Source: Limnothrix sp. BL-A-16 (GTDB taxonomy: Bacteria; Cyanobacteriota; Cyanobacteriia; CACIAM-69d). From it: 64,000 nucleotides of DNA. The translations under genes were made by a program, and so were the position numbers. How positions within the stretch are numbered: position 1 is the stretch's first letter; each line of letters opens with the position of its first letter. Below the pieces are notes generated by a model that saw only the letters and a list, made by a program, of their open reading frames with translations, was not told where the DNA came from and ran no database searches. Below are positions 60,497 through 64,000 of the stretch, piece by piece. The stretch spans positions 2,176,001 to 2,240,000 of the forward strand of contig CP166615.1 of the NCBI GenBank assembly GCA_041937175.2, read 5' to 3'.

Positions 60497-62800
60497 TTAG
60501 CGGGCGGGAGCGCGTTTTTTCCACTGGGCGATCGCCTGTTGGGCGCTGGCATAGGCCGCCGTGTTGGGCGGCACTAGGCTGGCCGTTTGGATGGCGGCGG
60601 CCAGTTGGTTGGCATTGGCGCGACCTTGGGCAATCTTGAGAATTTCTTGGCTCCAAAGATTGATTTGGTCGCGGGCGGCGGGATAGCCCGGTTGGTTCAC
60701 GGGCACACTGCGGGCCAGGTCGATCGCCCGGTTATAGCTAGAGGCTTGGTTCAGTTGAATTTGGCCGGCGGCCTTTTGCAGGGTGGCGCGGTTGTTGGCC
60801 TGTTGCTGCTGGAGGGTTTGCCATTGGGCGATCGAGCTGCGTGCTTCTTGGTACACCTCACCCCGATCGGGCGCAACAATTTTGGCCGCCGCGATCGCCC
60901 CGCCAAAGTCGCCATTGAGGGCCCGCCCCTTGGCCAAATCCAAAATGACCCGGCTCCAACGGTCGATCGCCTGTTGGGCTTGACCGTAGCCCGGATCTCC
61001 CGGCTTGATTTGTCGGGCTTGCAAAATTGCCTTGCCAAATTCCGAAGCCTGATTCGTCCCGATCGGGATCCGTGCCAGGCTCAATTGGCTCACCCCGGCA
61101 GGGCTGGCGGCCGGCGGCGTGGAGCTGGGGTTGGGGCTAACTTGGGGGCTGGGTTTTGGGCTAGGTAACCCCGACTGAGCCACAGGAGCGGGCTGAGGAC
61201 TCGCCAAAGGGCTAGGTTCCGGCGGCGGCAACGTCCGGGAGCCAGTGGGCGGCGATGCCCCATTGGCCGGCGCAGGCAGGGGTGTAGCGGGGGCCGGACT
61301 CGCGATCGGGCTAGGGGTTGAGGCTGTGATGTTAGCCCCAAACAGAGCGGCATAGTTGCGGGCCACCACGGCCGCCAACAGCACAATTCCAAAAACTCCC
61401 AACCAGGTCACCAACTGGCGGGCAAAGGCCAAATCACTGGCACTGAGACCAGCCGTGAGCGGGCCAATCAGGGCCAAATCGCGCTGGGACTCGGGAATCG
61501 GTTCCGGTGGTGGAGCGCTGGGTGGTGGGGAACCGTTGGGATTCACAGGCGCGATCGGGGAAACGGGCGCGATCGCGCTTGGGGGCCGCAAGTTGACCGA
61601 CTCCGCCGGGCGATCGCCGTTGGGCAGAGCCGGTGTGAAGGGATTCGATGCGGCTGACCCCGATTGGGCCTCTTCCGTGGGAACCCAATCATTGGCAAAT
61701 AGCGCCTCAAAGGCACTGGGTTCCGTGGCCCAAGCATCGGGCAAATTGGCGGCGGACGCGAATCGATCGAGCGCCTCATCATCCAAAGCCGGACTTTGCA
61801 CCTGATCTGAACCAAACACGCCCAGTTCTGGCGATGGGTCGGGTTGTGGATTAGGTTGCGAATTGGGCTGTGAATTGGGTTGATTCACTGGGTAATCGGC
61901 CTGGGACTCAAGCGGTAGATCACTGGGCGACCCATTTCCCAAGGGGGCGATCGGGGGTTCCACAGCCAAGGCCGGCGCACTGGCCGGAAACACCACAAAG
62001 GATTCGATCGGGCGTGGTGGTTCTGGCATCATCCGCCCCACCACCGTTTCGTAAAGCCGCTCGTGGGGATGGGCAAACACCTGCACCTGGGGCGCAACTC
62101 GGCCCTGATCCTGGGCTAAGGCGCGGGTCGTTTCTCGCAAAAACCGCGAGAGGGCATAGAGATTCATGCCTTGGGATTGGCCCAGGGCCGCCGCCAGGGC
62201 CGGAGCCAACAGGCCGCTGCTTTGGCGACCGGCCCCCGGCTCTGCCAACAAAATCGACAATCCCATTTCTTGGGCCAAGAGGGGAATTTCACCGCCCACC
62301 GGAGCCAGATTGTCTGCGGGCGGCCGGCTCAAGTCCAAAACCAACAACACCTGACCACCGGGGCCGACCCGATCGCTCGCCAATTTCAGGTATTCACAAA
62401 CTCGCCGCAGGGGAATCCCCGCCGTTGCCGCCCGATCGAGACTGGCTTCAATGGGTAGCAAATAATCCCGATCGCGATGACTCACCCCATAGCCACTGAA
62501 AAAGCACCAAAGGGTATCACCGGGGTTCACCAATTCCGTGGCGGCAAAATCCAGCCAATATTCCAGATTTTCGCGATTGGGATAGGTGGGGCGATCGAGC
62601 AGGGGCAAGGAGCGATCGCTCAAAATCACGGTTCGATATTGGGTTCCCGCCGAGCCGCTCGTTTGGCTCTGCCAAGCCTGGGCCACGGTGACCACATTGG
62701 TCTCCGCCTCGGCCAGCGGCGGCAACAAAGGATATTGACCAATCCCGATCGCGATCGCCCAATGGGTTTTGCCCTGGGTTGCACTGGAACTCGTCACCAT
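60497..62800 (-). CDS. Caspase-like (C14) domain protein with substituted catalytic dyad, Pro-rich linkers, one TM and C-terminal helical repeats
   Basis: WAIAIGIGQY; FFSGYG (His position is Tyr); YLLP; VLDLSR (no Cys); TM WLGVFGIVLLAAVVA; four repeats ending in W. Confidence 0.8.
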   Translation of the reverse strand: MVTSSSATQGKTHWAIAIGIGQYPLLPPLAEAETNVVTVAQAWQSQTSGSAGTQYRTVILSDRSLPLLDRPTYPNRENLEYWLDFAATELVNPGDTLWCFFSGYGVSHRDRDYLLPIEASLDRAATAGIPLRRVCEYLKLASDRVGPGGQVLLVLDLSRPPADNLAPVGGEIPLLAQEMGLSILLAEPGAGRQSSGLLAPALAAALGQSQGMNLYALSRFLRETTRALAQDQGRVAPQVQVFAHPHERLYETVVGRMMPEPPRPIESFVVFPASAPALAVEPPIAPLGNGSPSDLPLESQADYPVNQPNSQPNSQPNPQPDPSPELGVFGSDQVQSPALDDEALDRFASAANLPDAWATEPSAFEALFANDWVPTEEAQSGSAASNPFTPALPNGDRPAESVNLRPPSAIAPVSPIAPVNPNGSPPPSAPPPEPIPESQRDLALIGPLTAGLSASDLAFARQLVTWLGVFGIVLLAAVVARNYAALFGANITASTPSPIASPAPATPLPAPANGASPPTGSRTLPPPEPSPLASPQPAPVAQSGLPSPKPSPQVSPNPSSTPPAASPAGVSQLSLARIPIGTNQASEFGKAILQARQIKPGDPGYGQAQQAIDRWSRVILDLAKGRALNGDFGGAIAAAKIVAPDRGEVYQEARSSIAQWQTLQQQQANNRATLQKAAGQIQLNQASSYNRAIDLARSVPVNQPGYPAARDQINLWSQEILKIAQGRANANQLAAAIQTASLVPPNTAAYASAQQAIAQWKKRAPAR

Positions 62801-63240
62801 CAAAACCCCTTCGTGCAATGCGTTTGTCTACTGTGCCTGGGTTGGGCTGGTTGGGCTAGTGGTTATGGCCCTGCTCGATCGTCTTGAATTGTTTTCAATT
62901 TTGCCGCCCCGAATTCCGTCGCCCCGGATGTTGAGCACATCTTGAGAGCATCTTGCTCGCGGGCAGAACCCAAGCCAAGCGATCGAACCCATCGAAAAAG
63001 TTGCCCAAACCATATCACGGCCGTCCGGCGCTCTGGAAAACGATCGAAATAGCTACGGGATGGCTATGGATTCAAGGGTTGGGATGATCAATGGATCGTC
63101 GTGAAATGAGTGCAACTTTAATTAACGCAAATGCAACTTCAACTAATGCAACTAATGCAACTTTAACGATGCTTGATTTTTGAAGATTGCGAGATGATGG
63201 ATTCATTAACGGATTTCAAGGGTAACGTTTGGGGTGGTCT

Positions 63241-64000
63241 GTGGCGAAATCTTGGGTGAGCCGATCGATTGAGGCCCTGTCGGATTTGGTTTGGCAGCGA
63301 TCCTGTGAGCTATGCGATCGCCCGGCCAAGCATCAAGGCCTCTGCCTCGCCTGCGATCGCCGCTTGCTCGCCAGTCAACTGCCCCTTGAGCAACGGTGGG
63401 GCCGCTTGCCGGCCAACTTGGTTCCGTCGGCTCCCCTGTTCCTGGCTTGGGGGCTTTATGACGGCTCCCTGAAACGGGCGATCGCCGCCTTGAAGTATGA
63501 GGGCCATCCCAAACTGGCAGCGGCCTTGGGCCAGGGTTTGGGTCGTCTGTGGTTGACCCCGGGAACCGATCGGGCCATTGCAACCCCTTGGCAACAGCTC
63601 GATCGATCAGCCCCTTGGGTGATCCCGATTCCGCTCCATGAAGCTCGACTGCAAAAACGCGGCTTTAATCAGGCAGAATTGTTGGCTAAGCACTTTTGTG
63701 ATGTAACAGGCCATCGTCTAATCCCCAATGCCCTGCAACGGATTCGGGACACCCAAGCGCAATTTGGCTTAGGCCAGGGCGATCGAGCCGCCAATGTGCA
63801 GGGGGCCTTTGCCTTGGGGCCGGGCCTGCGGCAACAACGTCCCCGATCGGTGATTTTGCTGGATGATATCTATACTTCCGGGGCCACGGTTCAAGCGGCC
63901 AGCAACAGTCTGCGGGCAGACGGCTGGACGGTGGCGGCGGTGGTGGTGGTGGCCCGATCGGCCCAGCGCCCGGCTCCCGGAACCCACCCACCGACCCGAT
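63241..64000 (+). CDS. comF: ComF family phosphoribosyltransferase-like competence protein; runs off the window edge
   Basis: Not in the ORF track. Hand translation from GTG 63241 gives CELC..CLAC, LKY, PIPLH...RGFNQAELLA and LLDDIYTSGAT. Confidence 0.9.
   Translation, partial: MAKSWVSRSIEALSDLVWQRSCELCDRPAKHQGLCLACDRRLLASQLPLEQRWGRLPANLVPSAPLFLAWGLYDGSLKRAIAALKYEGHPKLAAALGQGLGRLWLTPGTDRAIATPWQQLDRSAPWVIPIPLHEARLQKRGFNQAELLAKHFCDVTGHRLIPNALQRIRDTQAQFGLGQGDRAANVQGAFALGPGLRQQRPRSVILLDDIYTSGATVQAASNSLRADGWTVAAVVVVARSAQRPAPGTHPPTR

Noticed and set aside
62946..62955. Isolated A-type half-site GAGCATCTTG
   Set aside because: Part of a local CATCTTG duplication with no partner half or host flanks; may be chance
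1..64000. tRNA/rRNA genes, transposases, integrases, prophage or defence systems
   Set aside because: No T-loop/anticodon-arm patterns, rRNA-like stretches or corresponding protein motifs seen by eye

Overview
Chromosomal window from a GC-rich cyanobacterium. It is dense in HIP1 (GCGATCGC) and carries psaM, bciB, dgdA, mgdE and hpsA; a filamentous, probably non-heterocystous Limnothrix-like host is an inference. Most of it is core or housekeeping genes: the 5' 4.1 kb of hpsA, pepP, tldD, a K+ channel, an M16 peptidase pair, TetR, psaM, terC, a devH-like Crp regulator, ABC parts, PPK2/pap, a GAF-PAS histidine kinase, deoC-recO-MFS-dgdA, bciB, a radical SAM enzyme, aspA/fumC, dxr, sppA, mgdE, a PSII S4 protein, a pseudo-orthocaspase and comF. 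I saw no tRNA, rRNA, CRISPR array or transposase. The most unusual signal is non-coding. A 20-bp hairpin core, CAAGGGGCTT|AAGCCCCTTG, occurs about 11 times inside at least three differently-ended MITE-like host elements. It is built from two interchangeable half-site types, and the asymmetric form sits in opposite orientations in co-oriented copies of the same host element. Other points of note are a HIP1-depleted hpsA body, an ATPase-less PilB/GspE-like protein, a 16x14-bp array in front of dgdA, and two small ORFs with short predicted products. All assignments come from reading the sequence and recalling family motifs; no database searches were run.
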